Below, one piece after another: positions 28,210-37,956 of a stretch of 64,000 nucleotides of DNA. The DNA lies in assembly GCA_902778375.1 (NCBI GenBank), contig CACYXJ010000002.1, forward strand, positions 14,231 to 78,230, given 5' to 3'. The translations under genes were made by a program, and so were the position numbers. Origin of the DNA: an uncultured Erysipelotrichaceae bacterium (lineage in GTDB: Bacteria; Bacillota_I; Bacilli_A; Erysipelotrichales; Erysipelotrichaceae). Under the pieces are notes generated by a model. The model was not told the DNA's origin. It was given only the letters and a program-made list of their open reading frames with translations, and searched no databases. Position 1 is the first letter of the stretch. Each line of letters starts with the position of its first letter.

Positions 28210-29256
28210 TCAGCGCAAAGACTGATCCATGCCTGCAATCATCCGTTCGTACAGCATCAGCAGATCCCCTGTAGGGCGCCAGCCAAGTGCTGTCAATGCG
28301 CTGATATCAAGATTCAGATAGGATGGAGCAGGATATTTTGAAGTGTCTCCGTTCTCTGCTGTACGGACAGAAATCCTGTTGCGGCCTATTTTTTCAGCAA
28401 CCATTTCTGCCATCTCATAAATAGAACAATATGTGTCCGGGTTTGCAGCGTTGTATACGGAACCGGGAACACCCTTAAGAAGCACAGTGAGAACAGCAGT
28501 GACAGCCTGGGCAGTATACAGATAGGAATGTCTGCTGTTGCCTTTTGTCTGCAGTATAATGTCTTCTTTTGCCAGCGCATTGCGAGCCATCATGGCAAAG
28601 ACTCTCTGATCATTACGGGAAATGCCCGGGCCAAAAGTCTGGGACAGCCGGACAGAACAGGCAGGGACTCTGTATTCTGTTGCGTAAGCGTGGCACATTG
28701 CCTCGCACATGCGCTTGCATTCCGGGTAGCAGCTTCTGGTTTCGGCCGGATTCAGATATCCAAGATCAGCCTCTTTTAAAGGAGCTTCGCTCAAGACGGT
28801 TCCATAGGCTTCCATGCTGGAAAGATATACAAACCCCTTCACGCATTTTTCTTTTGCAAGCCCAAGAAGGTTCATTGTTCCGAGCACACCGGCCTGAATC
28901 GTTTCGACAGGCTGATTCATGAAGAATCTGCTGGAGGTAGGGCTGGCGGCGTGAACGATATAGTCGACAGGTTCTGTTATTACCGGCAGATTTTCAACGG
29001 ACCCTTTCAGCAGAACAAGACCTTCATCCTGCCTGAGCATGGATTTTGCTTTTTCCGAGTTTCTAACGACTGCAAGTATGCGGGTATGAAACCCTCTGGT
29101 CTGGTTTGCATACAGCAAAGCATTGATCAGAGTTGAACCGATCAGTCCTGTTCCACCGCTGATCAGTACAGTTGCAGTCTGCAGATTCTCAAAAGGGATG
29201 AAATCCGACTGCAGGATGTATTCATAGTCTTCAATGTAAACAGAAGTATTACTCAT
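28210..29256 (-). CDS. NAD-dependent epimerase/dehydratase (SDR extended), likely reductase partner of the IspD-like enzyme
   Basis: 'GGTGLIG', 'HAASPTS', 'YPECKR' (YxxxK). Confidence 0.8.
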   Translation of the reverse strand: MSNTSVYIEDYEYILQSDFIPFENLQTATVLISGGTGLIGSTLINALLYANQTRGFHTRILAVVRNSEKAKSMLRQDEGLVLLKGSVENLPVITEPVDYIVHAASPTSSRFFMNQPVETIQAGVLGTMNLLGLAKEKCVKGFVYLSSMEAYGTVLSEAPLKEADLGYLNPAETRSCYPECKRMCEAMCHAYATEYRVPACSVRLSQTFGPGISRNDQRVFAMMARNALAKEDIILQTKGNSRHSYLYTAQAVTAVLTVLLKGVPGSVYNAANPDTYCSIYEMAEMVAEKIGRNRISVRTAENGDTSKYPAPSYLNLDISALTALGWRPTGDLLMLYERMIAGMDQSLR

Positions 29257-29261
29257 TATTA

Positions 29262-29984
29262 TTACTCCAGGAACTGTTTATTCTCTTTGGCATCGATCAT
29301 TGCCCGGAAAATATAGAAATCCTCAGGGGTAGTGATCTTAATATTTTCAACAGGACCGACAACAGTATAGAGGTCATGACCGTAATGCTGCATCATACTG
29401 GCAGAATCAATAAAGGAAAGGCCATCTTTAATTGCTTTCCTGTGGGCTTCAAGGATTTCGCTGAGATAAAAACACTGCGGAGCTCTTGCCAGCATGCATT
29501 TGGAGCGGTCTATGATTGTTCCGACCTTATTGTCGACAGCGTCTGTTGTGATTGTCTCGATTGCCGGTGTAACTGTAATGGCAGAGTGATACTGTCTGGT
29601 ACAGTCGATTGCCCTGAGGATGGTATCTTCATTGATCAGCGGACGCACTCCGTCATGAATCAGAACAACAGCCTCATCTGGGTATTCTTTTCCGGCGGCA
29701 CAGAGGCCGTTATAAATGGATTCCTGTCCGGAGGATCCTCCTGCCACAATCGTTTTAACCTTGGACAGTTTATAGCGCTCGACCAGTTCGTAACAATAAC
29801 CGATCCAGTCTTTCAGGCTGACCAGAACGATACCGTCAATTGCATCACAATCCTGAAATCTTTCCAGAGTATAGACCAGAATCGGTTTTTCGTGCAGCTC
29901 CAGGAATTGTTTCGGTTTTGATTTTGAGTTCATCCGCTGTCCGGTTCCACCGGCAAATATCAAAGCTATGTTTTTCATATTCAT
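29262..29984 (-). CDS. IspD/TarI-family polyol-phosphate cytidylyltransferase
   Basis: 'AGGTGQRM..KPKQFL', 'IHDGVRP', 'NIKITTPED'. Confidence 0.88.
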   Translation of the reverse strand: MNMKNIALIFAGGTGQRMNSKSKPKQFLELHEKPILVYTLERFQDCDAIDGIVLVSLKDWIGYCYELVERYKLSKVKTIVAGGSSGQESIYNGLCAAGKEYPDEAVVLIHDGVRPLINEDTILRAIDCTRQYHSAITVTPAIETITTDAVDNKVGTIIDRSKCMLARAPQCFYLSEILEAHRKAIKDGLSFIDSASMMQHYGHDLYTVVGPVENIKITTPEDFYIFRAMIDAKENKQFLE

Positions 29985-30097
29985 TTTCCGTGTCTTTATA
30001 TTATAAAGTATTATACAGCAAATACAGGTTTACTTCAGTTTATCGGTTTTTCAAGGATGTTTTAAAAAACTTTGAATAATGTAGTATTATTTATAAT

Positions 30098-32134
30098 ATG
30101 CTGCAAATCAGAGATAAAAAAGAAGATGTATACAGAAAGCACAAAACAGCATTCGCATGGCGTATTTTGTACTTCAGTGTCTGTTTCTTTTTTTTGTTTA
30201 CCGTTGAAGCAAACGCTTATATTGATCCGTCTGTCATGACCTATGCCATCCAGGCGATTGCCGGCATTGCGATTGCACTGGGTACATTTTTCAATATCTA
30301 CTGGCGCAGACTCTGGAAAAGAATAGGCTGGAACGGATTGTTTTCAACTAAATATGAAAAAACAGAATCCGATGAACTGTACTTTGATGACCCGGTGTCC
30401 CGGCAGCGAATCCAGCCGGAATACAAACCAGGAAATGACGTACAGGTTCAGAAGGAAAAAGAGCCGTTCCTTCGGAAACTGTGGAACGAGTACAAGTATG
30501 CGCTGATTCTTGCGGCGTGCGGAAGCTTCCTCATCATGATCTTCAGCCCGCTTGATCTGTATTTCAATAATATGAAGGACTTCTGGTTTGATTTTGGAAT
30601 TGTCTTCCCGATTCTGTTCAAATCATTTATAAAATGTTTCCTGACATTATCAGCGCTTTTCCTGGTATGCCTACTGCTGTTTGATGAACTGTATCATGTG
30701 GTCTATATCGGCGCTTTTGCGGCTTTTGTCTGCGCGTATATACAAGGAAACTTTCTGGCCGGAAAACTGCCGTCACTGGATGGTTCGGCGATCGACTGGT
30801 CACTTTATCACATACAGATGCTTCAGTCCAGATATCTGTGGAGCCTTTTGCCACTGGCTGTTTTATTGATTGCCCGGTTTGTCAGAATGAAGGGCTTTTA
30901 TAAGATTACAAAGTACGTGAATCTTCTGATTACGGCAATGCTTGCTGTATCCCTCCTGACAGTCGGAATCAGGAACAAAGGATTTTCGGACAAGAACTAC
31001 CGCATTGCCACATCCGATCATCTATTCGAAATGTCAGAGAAGCAGAATTTCATTATTCTGATGGTCGACGCTCTGGATGCCCGGATTTTTGGGCAGATCA
31101 TGCAGGAAAACCCTGAATACGCGGAATACTTTGAAGACTTTACATTTTTCCCGGATACTGTCGGAGCCTATACTTTTACGAGTTATGCGATGCCGCAGGT
31201 TCTGACAGGAGAATGGATGGAAAACCAGACGGATTACCAGACCTATTTTTCCGAGGCGATGGACAATTCTCCGTTGTTTGCGGATCTGAAGGAGAAGGAT
31301 TACCGGATGGGTATGTATGAAACAAACCTGTATTATGACAGCGATAATATCTATCAGTTTGAAAACATCCATGACGCAGAAGTCGACTTTAAATCAAGAG
31401 ATGAATTCATGGAGACAGAAAAAGAACTGTTTATATTCAAATACGCACCGTATCAGCTGAAAAGAGATCATGTTCCGGATATGCTCACTTTTTACCGCAC
31501 TCAGCAGATCAACGGTGATATGGACATATTCTCGGACAACAACGAGAACTTTTATAATAAGATTCACTCCGAGCCGATTGTCATGACGCAGGACAAATGT
31601 TTCAAATTCATCCATATCGAAGGTGCTCATGTGCCGTTCCGCTATAACAAGGATGTGGAGCGGATCGATACAGAAGACGGTTCTTATGAACAGAACGTAC
31701 TATGCAGCATCACGATCATGAATGCGTATCTGAGCGCTCTGAAAGAAGCAGGTGCTTATGACAATACGGCAATTATCATAATGGGAGACCATGGATTCAA
31801 TTATGACAATGATGAATACTGGGGTCGCTGGAATCCCGCACTTCTGGTCAAAGGCATTGACGAGCATCATGAGTATACTGAATCACTGGCACCGCTTTCC
31901 TTTGATGATCTGCAGGAAGCATACAGAAGACTGGAAGAAGGACAGCCAGCAGAGGCGTGTTTCGATGCTGAAGAAGGCGATATGAGAGAACGCCGGTATA
32001 TGCATTTTATCCGGGAAGCAAAAATCACCGAATACATACAGACCGGTTATGCGGCGGATGAAGAAACACTTGTTCCCACAGGAAGGGTTTTTGAAAGAGC
32101 CGTCGATTATCTGGCAGAATTCCATATCAACTGA
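30098..32134 (+). CDS. LtaS/EptA-like membrane alkaline-phosphatase-superfamily transferase, paralogue 1 (YIDPS module)
   Basis: Signal-like N-terminus, YIDPS-TM, ~5 TMs, then 'VDALD', 'FTSYAMPQVLTG', 'HIEGAHVPF', 'MGDHG'. Confidence 0.75.
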   Translation: MLQIRDKKEDVYRKHKTAFAWRILYFSVCFFFLFTVEANAYIDPSVMTYAIQAIAGIAIALGTFFNIYWRRLWKRIGWNGLFSTKYEKTESDELYFDDPVSRQRIQPEYKPGNDVQVQKEKEPFLRKLWNEYKYALILAACGSFLIMIFSPLDLYFNNMKDFWFDFGIVFPILFKSFIKCFLTLSALFLVCLLLFDELYHVVYIGAFAAFVCAYIQGNFLAGKLPSLDGSAIDWSLYHIQMLQSRYLWSLLPLAVLLIARFVRMKGFYKITKYVNLLITAMLAVSLLTVGIRNKGFSDKNYRIATSDHLFEMSEKQNFIILMVDALDARIFGQIMQENPEYAEYFEDFTFFPDTVGAYTFTSYAMPQVLTGEWMENQTDYQTYFSEAMDNSPLFADLKEKDYRMGMYETNLYYDSDNIYQFENIHDAEVDFKSRDEFMETEKELFIFKYAPYQLKRDHVPDMLTFYRTQQINGDMDIFSDNNENFYNKIHSEPIVMTQDKCFKFIHIEGAHVPFRYNKDVERIDTEDGSYEQNVLCSITIMNAYLSALKEAGAYDNTAIIIMGDHGFNYDNDEYWGRWNPALLVKGIDEHHEYTESLAPLSFDDLQEAYRRLEEGQPAEACFDAEEGDMRERRYMHFIREAKITEYIQTGYAADEETLVPTGRVFERAVDYLAEFHIN

Positions 32135-32194
32135 TATCCGGCAATATGGTCCGATAACCGGTTATCAAGATCGGAAGCAGAAAGGAGAACGCCG

Positions 32195-33091
32195 ATGAGC
32201 CTGACAAGGAAACAGTTTGATGTTCTGGAAGTATTGGCCACATCAGAAGAGACTCTGACGCAAAGAGAACTTGAGGCTGACACCGGACACAGTCTGGGAA
32301 CGGTAAACCGTATTCTCAAAGAATTGAATGAACTTGGTTATGCCGGAAACGGAAAGATCACCAATGCCGGCATGACAGCTTTGGAACCATATCGTGCGAA
32401 AAGAGCGGTTTTTATTGCGGCCGGATTTGGTTCCCGCCTTGTTCCGATTACTTTCAATACTCCCAAACCTCTGATTCGTGTTCAGGGTGTTCGCATTATT
32501 GACCGTCTGATTGATGCATGTCTGGAAGTTGATATTGATGATATTTACATTGTCCGCGGACATCTCGGAGAACAGTTCGACCAGCTTCTCTATAAATATC
32601 CGATGATCAAGTTTCTGGAAAATCCTATGTATAACGAGACAAACAATATCTCCAGTTCCTTGGTCGCGCGGTATCTGCTTTCCAACGCATATGTGTTCGA
32701 AGCAGATCTTCTGATATCCAATCCAAAGATTATCAGGAAGTATCATTACACTTCCGACTTCCTGGCAATCAAAAAGGAACGCAGCGACGACTGGTGCCTT
32801 CGGGTCAGAAACGGTGTGATCGTTGAAGAAATGGTCGGCGGAGAAGGCGACGATATCTGGCAGATGGTCGGTATATCTTACTGGAATGAAGCAGACGGCA
32901 ATATGCTTGCCCAGGATATCCAGGAGGTATATGCATCTCCCGGCGGAAAGGAACGTTATTGGGAACAGGTGCCGCTGGTATACAGAAAAGAGCGGTATGC
33001 TGTCAGGGTTCAGGAATGCTTTGAATCAGATGTCGTGGAAATCGACACCTTTACCGAACTGAAGGCAATTGATAAAACATACGACGTGTAA
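32195..33091 (+). CDS. Winged-helix + LicC-type cytidylyltransferase
   Basis: wHTH 'LTQRELEADTGHSLGTVNRILKEL'; NTase 'AAGFGSRL.P.T...PKPL', 'NNISS', 'EADL', 'DDW', 'GISYW', 'YWE', 'EIDT'. Confidence 0.85.
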   Translation: MSLTRKQFDVLEVLATSEETLTQRELEADTGHSLGTVNRILKELNELGYAGNGKITNAGMTALEPYRAKRAVFIAAGFGSRLVPITFNTPKPLIRVQGVRIIDRLIDACLEVDIDDIYIVRGHLGEQFDQLLYKYPMIKFLENPMYNETNNISSSLVARYLLSNAYVFEADLLISNPKIIRKYHYTSDFLAIKKERSDDWCLRVRNGVIVEEMVGGEGDDIWQMVGISYWNEADGNMLAQDIQEVYASPGGKERYWEQVPLVYRKERYAVRVQECFESDVVEIDTFTELKAIDKTYDV

Positions 33092-33176
33092 ACCTGGCAA
33101 TTTGTGACAGTTGACATCAGATCAAGGAACGATTGTTCAAAATTTCAAATATTTCTTCTAAAATGGAACATATATA

Positions 33177-33250
33177 TTGACGTTTATAGTTTGCGTTATT
33201 AAAATTATGTTCAGTTCTTGTTAAAAACACAGTTCAACGTGAACTGTGTT
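33177..33250 (+). promoter_or_regulatory. Sigma-A promoter of the ABC operon and downstream 11-3-11 palindrome
   Basis: TTGACG (33177-82), 17 bp, TAAAAT (33200-05); AACACAGTTCA-acg-TGAACTGTGTT (33226-50). Confidence 0.7.
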
Positions 33251-33340
33251 ATGTGTTTCTGAAAAGGATATGTATCAAAACGTGTTCAAAACAGGCGGTA
33301 AGCACAGGCAAGAAGGAAAAAAAGCAGGAGAATTAACGTT

Positions 33341-34384
33341 ATGAAAAAGAAAAACATGAGCATGGCTGCGTTTCTGTGCAGTGCGGCACTTGTACTGACA
33401 GGCTGCGGTTCTTCCAACAGTGCGTCCGGTACTGAACCGGCTTCCAGCGGCGGAAAAGACCGCGTAGTCATCTATACAGCTGCTGAAGATGAGCGGATTG
33501 AATATATTCAGCAGGAACTTGATAAGCAGTTCCCGGATACTGAAATCGTGATTCAGTCGCTTGGAACAGGCCAGCTTTTATCGAAACTGCAGGCAGAAGG
33601 TACAAACAGCGACTGTGATATCTTCTATGATCTGGAAGTTGTGAATGCGGAAATCATTCTGAACGCATCTCCGGATCTGTTCGCGGATCTTTCCGAATAT
33701 GACTTCTCTATTTACGATGCGTCTGTTACCGGCTATACTGATCGTCATCACCAGTATGCAGTCAACGGCAAGACAGCTGGTGCGTTCCTGGTCAATACCA
33801 AGGTTCTGGAAGAGAAAGGTCTTCCGGTTCCGGAAACATATGAAGACATGCTGAAGCCCGAATATGCCGGTCTGATCTCAATGCCGAGTCCCAAGTCTTC
33901 CGGAACGGGTTACAGCTACTACAACGGAATGGTTACTGTTCTTGGTGAAGAAGCAGGTATGAAGTACTTCGATGACCTGAACCCGAACATCAAGGAATAT
34001 ACAACTTCCGGTTCTGCTCCGGCAAAGGCAGCTGTCCGCGGTGACGTCGCAATTGCTTACGGTCTGCTCTGGCAGTGTGTCAACTATGCCAACGAGAATG
34101 AAGGGCTGAAAGTCATCATTCCTGAAAACGGGCTTGCCTTCGATCTGTTTACCATGGGCATGATTTCCGGTCATGAAACAAAAGGCAGCGTCAAGGAAGT
34201 GTTCACTTATCTGTATAACGAACTGAACAAGCCGCAGTGTGCGAAGTTCAATCCGGATAAGATCTACGTAGATATGCCGGCTGCTGAAATTGCAAACTAC
34301 CCGGAAAGCTATGCAGAGATTACCATGAACGGTCTGTTCGATTTCAACTATAAACAGAATCTGCTGGATCAGTGGAAATACTGA
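33341..34384 (+). CDS. ABC substrate-binding lipoprotein, Fe3+/sugar-phosphate/2-aminoethylphosphonate class
   Basis: Lipobox 'LTGC'; 'VIYTAAE', 'GLPVPETYEDMLKPEY.GLISMPSPKSSGTG', 'YTTSGSAP'. Confidence 0.82.
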   Translation: MKKKNMSMAAFLCSAALVLTGCGSSNSASGTEPASSGGKDRVVIYTAAEDERIEYIQQELDKQFPDTEIVIQSLGTGQLLSKLQAEGTNSDCDIFYDLEVVNAEIILNASPDLFADLSEYDFSIYDASVTGYTDRHHQYAVNGKTAGAFLVNTKVLEEKGLPVPETYEDMLKPEYAGLISMPSPKSSGTGYSYYNGMVTVLGEEAGMKYFDDLNPNIKEYTTSGSAPAKAAVRGDVAIAYGLLWQCVNYANENEGLKVIIPENGLAFDLFTMGMISGHETKGSVKEVFTYLYNELNKPQCAKFNPDKIYVDMPAAEIANYPESYAEITMNGLFDFNYKQNLLDQWKY

Positions 34385-34403
34385 TTTCTTAAGAAAGGCT
34401 CAG

Positions 34404-34431
34404 GAATAGCAGGGATGCCTGCTATTCTTTT
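34404..34431 (+). terminator. Hairpin/partial terminator between SBP and ATPase genes
   Basis: GAATAGCAGG-gatg-CCTGCTATTC followed by T run. Confidence 0.6.
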
Positions 34432-34470
34432 CTTAATTATGTCTTTATGAAATACCAGGAGGAAACAACA

Positions 34471-35229
34471 ATGGCAGAACCTATTATTCAGGCAGTCAAT
34501 ATAAGTAAAAAATTCAAGTCCAAAACGGTCCTGGAAGATATTTCCTTTGATATCATGCGGGGAGAATTCCTGTCCCTGCTGGGACCTTCAGGATGCGGCA
34601 AAACAACGATTCTGCGCATGCTGATCGGTATTGAACAGCCTACGGCTGGCAAGATATTGAAAGACGGCGTGGATATCACAAATGCTGCACCGAAAGACAG
34701 AAACATCGGTATCGTTTTCCAGAATTATTCTTTGTTCCCGAATATGGACGTTTACCATAATATTTCCTATGCACTCAGCGCAAAGAAAATGGGAAAGGAA
34801 GAGATTGACAAAAAGGTCAAGGAAATCATCGAAACTGTCGGACTTGAAGAACATATCTATAAAAAACCAAAACAGCTTTCCGGCGGCCAGCAGCAGAGAG
34901 TGGCTATCGCCAGAACGCTGGTTCTGAATCCGGACGTGATTCTGTTTGACGAGCCGATGTCAGCTCTTGATGCGGAAATCAAAGTCATTCTGCGTCAGCA
35001 GCTGAAAGAGATTCAGAAGAAGCTGAAAATAACGATGGTGTATGTCACTCATGACCAGGAAGAAGCGTTTGCGCTTTCCGACCGCATCATGGTACTGAAC
35101 GACATGCGGATCATACAGATGGATACACCGTATAACCTTTATCACAACCCGACCGATCCGTTCGTAAAGCGGTTTGTCGTCGATCATCTTGATTTGAAAG
35201 TCAAATCGATAGAGGACAGCATCAAATGA
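34471..35229 (+). CDS. ABC ATP-binding protein (PotA/FbpC class, no TOBE tail)
   Basis: 'GPSGCGKT', 'LSGGQQQR', 'LFDEP', 'VTHD'; GGAGG before ATG 34471. Confidence 0.9.
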   Translation: MAEPIIQAVNISKKFKSKTVLEDISFDIMRGEFLSLLGPSGCGKTTILRMLIGIEQPTAGKILKDGVDITNAAPKDRNIGIVFQNYSLFPNMDVYHNISYALSAKKMGKEEIDKKVKEIIETVGLEEHIYKKPKQLSGGQQQRVAIARTLVLNPDVILFDEPMSALDAEIKVILRQQLKEIQKKLKITMVYVTHDQEEAFALSDRIMVLNDMRIIQMDTPYNLYHNPTDPFVKRFVVDHLDLKVKSIEDSIK

Positions 35230-37796
35230 ACACGCAGATCAATCGTGCCGGCAGAATCATCAAGCATGAATACCTGAGGCTCATATCAATAGGATGTATT
35301 CTGCTGTTTGCCATTCTGCCGCTGCTGACACTGGCATTTCATGTGACCGGGGAGGACTGGAGTTATATTCTGCAGGATGCAACATTCTGGGCAGCTGTCA
35401 AAAATTCCCTGATCTATACGACTGCAGCAGCCGTGACCACCACGGTGCTTGCCCTGGTTGCGGCATATCTGCTGAATACATCAAGTCTGAAGAGGAAAAA
35501 CCTGTTTGTCATTCTTCTGACACTTGGCATGCTTGTACCGACGATTTCCGTCGGTCTTGGTCTGAGAGTGCTTTTCGGTACAAACGGGTTTATCGATCTG
35601 CTTTTCGGGGCGGAGATCGAAGTCAGAGGCTTCTCAGGGCTGATCATGGGTTCAGTAATGACCTCGTTCCCGGCAACGTTTTTGATTCTCTATGATGCCC
35701 TGAACTATGAAGACAAGGGACCTTATGATGCAGCAAGCATCATGGGCATCGGCCGGCTGAGCACTTTCTTCCGAATGACCGTTCCCTATCTCAAGATTGC
35801 CTTGATTTCAGCTTTCTTTGCCTGTTTTACGCTGATCTTTTCCGACTATGGAATGCCGATGGAAATTGCCGGTAAGGTAAGCACCTTACCGATGTATCTT
35901 TACGATCAGTTCATGAGTAGCTTTCAGTATGGAAGAGGTTCGATTGCCGGCTTTGTTCTGCTGGTGCCTTCCATTGTTTCCTTTGTATTCGATTTGATCT
36001 TCAAGGATCAGAGTGAAAGCGAAAAGCAGAAAAAACTGATCGAAGCGGAAAAGAGTTTCAATATCGGCACAGCCGTGGTCATTACGCTGCTGTGCCTGGT
36101 TCTTTTCCTGCCGCAGCTGGCATTTATCAGCCTGTCTCTGACAAGGGCATTCCCGAACGATCTGTCGTTCACCTTTGAACACATTGCAAATATCTTCTCG
36201 AACACACACGGAGTGGGCCTGACGGCGTATATCTGGAATTCCCTGTCGCTGTCACTGCTTACGGCACTGTTCGGTACCGCATTTGCCTATCTGCTCGGTT
36301 ATCTGAGTGTCAGAAAAAGCGGCAGAATGGCAAAGGTCGTCAACCTGCTGGCATTGAGTACGATTGCTATTCCCGGTCTGGTACTGGGTATCGGTTTTAT
36401 CTTCCTGTTCAAGGGGACAAACGGCTATTTCTATGGGACCGTTCTGATCCTGGTTGTCGTGAATATCTTCCATTTCCTCGGATCACCGTATCTTCTGGCA
36501 AAGAACTGTCTCAGCAAGATCAACAGTGATTATGAGATTATCGGTGAGACACTGGGGATTTCCAAGGGACAGATCATCAGAAATGTTCTGATTCCCAATT
36601 CAGTGTCCACTCTGGTTGAAATGTTCTCGTATTTCTTCCTCAACAGCATGATTACGATCTCGGCTGTTGCCTTCCTGTGCAGTTATGACAACCAGCCGCT
36701 GTCCATCCTCATCACAACATATGAGAAAAACAGCAACTACGAGATGCAGAGCGTTATTTCTCTGATCATTCTGTTCCTCAACGTTGTAGCCCGGACCGGA
36801 TTTACGGCAATTGCAAACACATTACGTAACGCTGAAGCTAAAGAAGTTGACGGCGGCATCGGTCTTGAACGCCATGAATTTGATTTCCTGACATATCTGG
36901 AGAAACAGGGCAGAGGGCAGTACAGTCTTAGAAAAATGGCTGATGATCTGACAATTTCCCTGAATAACGTACAGAAATATCTGAAAGAGCTGAACGACAG
37001 GAACTATATCAATATTTTTGCGGACGGCAGTATTGAAATCAGCGAAAAAGGACTTAAGGCGCTTGAACCGTACAGAGTCCGCAAGGCAATCATCCTGGCA
37101 GCCGGCTTCGGTTCCAGACTGGCTCCGGTCACGCTGGATACACCTAAGTCGCTGGTCAAGGTCAACGGAGAAAGAATCATCGATACATTACTTGATGCTC
37201 TGGTTGCCAAGGGTATTACCAACATCACAATTGTCAGAGGCTACAAAAAGGAACAGTTTGATGCCTTGCTGGAGAAGTATTCTACGATCCGGTTCATTGA
37301 CAATCCGGAATACAACATCACCAACAATATTTCTTCCGCTGTCTGTGCAGCTGACCTGATTGACCGTTGCTATATCTGCGAAGCTGATCTGTATATCACC
37401 AATCCGGATGTCATAAACAAATATGAATATCAGTCCAATTATCTCGGGGCAAAGGTATCCGAAACGGATGACTGGTGCTTCAAAAAGATTAACGGTGCGG
37501 TTGCGGATTATCAGATGGGCGGTACAGACTGCTATCAGGCATTCGGTATCTCATACTGGAACAGTGAGGATGCGGAAAAACTGAAAGCAGACCTCCGCAA
37601 GGTATACGCCAGCAGAGGCGGCAAGGAAAACCTCTGGGAAATCGTACCGCTGAGAATCATGAAAAAGAAGTATCATCTGGAAGTCCGCAAATGTCATAAG
37701 AGCGACATTATCGAAATCGACAACTTTATCGAACTGATAGCGGCAGACAGTTCATATGCCCATTATCCGGGATATGAAGGTTTCCGGGTAGAATGA
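35226..37796 (+). CDS. Fusion: double ABC permease + winged helix + LicC-type cytidylyltransferase
   Basis: Two EAA-like loops ('DAASIMG', 'IIGETLG'); then 'YSLRKMADDLTISLNNVQKYLKEL'; then 'AIILAAGFGSRL', 'NNISS', 'EADL', 'DDW', 'GISYW', 'EIDN'. Single uninterrupted ORF. Confidence 0.85.
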   Translation: MNTQINRAGRIIKHEYLRLISIGCILLFAILPLLTLAFHVTGEDWSYILQDATFWAAVKNSLIYTTAAAVTTTVLALVAAYLLNTSSLKRKNLFVILLTLGMLVPTISVGLGLRVLFGTNGFIDLLFGAEIEVRGFSGLIMGSVMTSFPATFLILYDALNYEDKGPYDAASIMGIGRLSTFFRMTVPYLKIALISAFFACFTLIFSDYGMPMEIAGKVSTLPMYLYDQFMSSFQYGRGSIAGFVLLVPSIVSFVFDLIFKDQSESEKQKKLIEAEKSFNIGTAVVITLLCLVLFLPQLAFISLSLTRAFPNDLSFTFEHIANIFSNTHGVGLTAYIWNSLSLSLLTALFGTAFAYLLGYLSVRKSGRMAKVVNLLALSTIAIPGLVLGIGFIFLFKGTNGYFYGTVLILVVVNIFHFLGSPYLLAKNCLSKINSDYEIIGETLGISKGQIIRNVLIPNSVSTLVEMFSYFFLNSMITISAVAFLCSYDNQPLSILITTYEKNSNYEMQSVISLIILFLNVVARTGFTAIANTLRNAEAKEVDGGIGLERHEFDFLTYLEKQGRGQYSLRKMADDLTISLNNVQKYLKELNDRNYINIFADGSIEISEKGLKALEPYRVRKAIILAAGFGSRLAPVTLDTPKSLVKVNGERIIDTLLDALVAKGITNITIVRGYKKEQFDALLEKYSTIRFIDNPEYNITNNISSAVCAADLIDRCYICEADLYITNPDVINKYEYQSNYLGAKVSETDDWCFKKINGAVADYQMGGTDCYQAFGISYWNSEDAEKLKADLRKVYASRGGKENLWEIVPLRIMKKKYHLEVRKCHKSDIIEIDNFIELIAADSSYAHYPGYEGFRVE

Positions 37797-37824
37797 CACG
37801 TCGGTTCTGTTACAAAGCATATTG

Positions 37825-37848
37825 GCCATGGTGAAAACCATGGCTTTT
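37825..37848 (+). terminator. Terminator after the ABC operon
   Basis: GCCATGGT-gaaa-ACCATGGC-TTTT. Confidence 0.7.
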
Positions 37849-37956
37849 CTGATGATTTAAGTATGTTAATAGTTTGGAAAAAAGAGTAAGTTTCGTTTAC
37901 CTTACTGCATACTGTGCGGTAAAATGAAGCGGATACAACAAAAGAAGGAGTTGAGT

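Noticed and set aside
28185-28320. Plus-strand GGAGG + ATG 28201 giving a ~39-aa ORF
   Set aside because: Antisense to the epimerase end, 11-nt spacing, no recognisable protein; cannot be supported as a gene or relic.
32153-32166. 14-bp palindrome GATAACCGGTTATC before the HTH-licC gene
   Set aside because: No associated promoter recognised and no similarity to the 33226 palindrome; could be chance or part of an RNA hairpin.
33127-33138. GAAC-N4-GTTC LexA/Cheo-like box
   Set aside because: Eight fixed bases are expected about once by chance in 64 kb; flanks do not match the consensus; no SOS context.
33292-33303. ops-like GGCGGTAAG
   Set aside because: Imperfect match; no RfaH/NusG paralogue in the window and not expected in this lineage.
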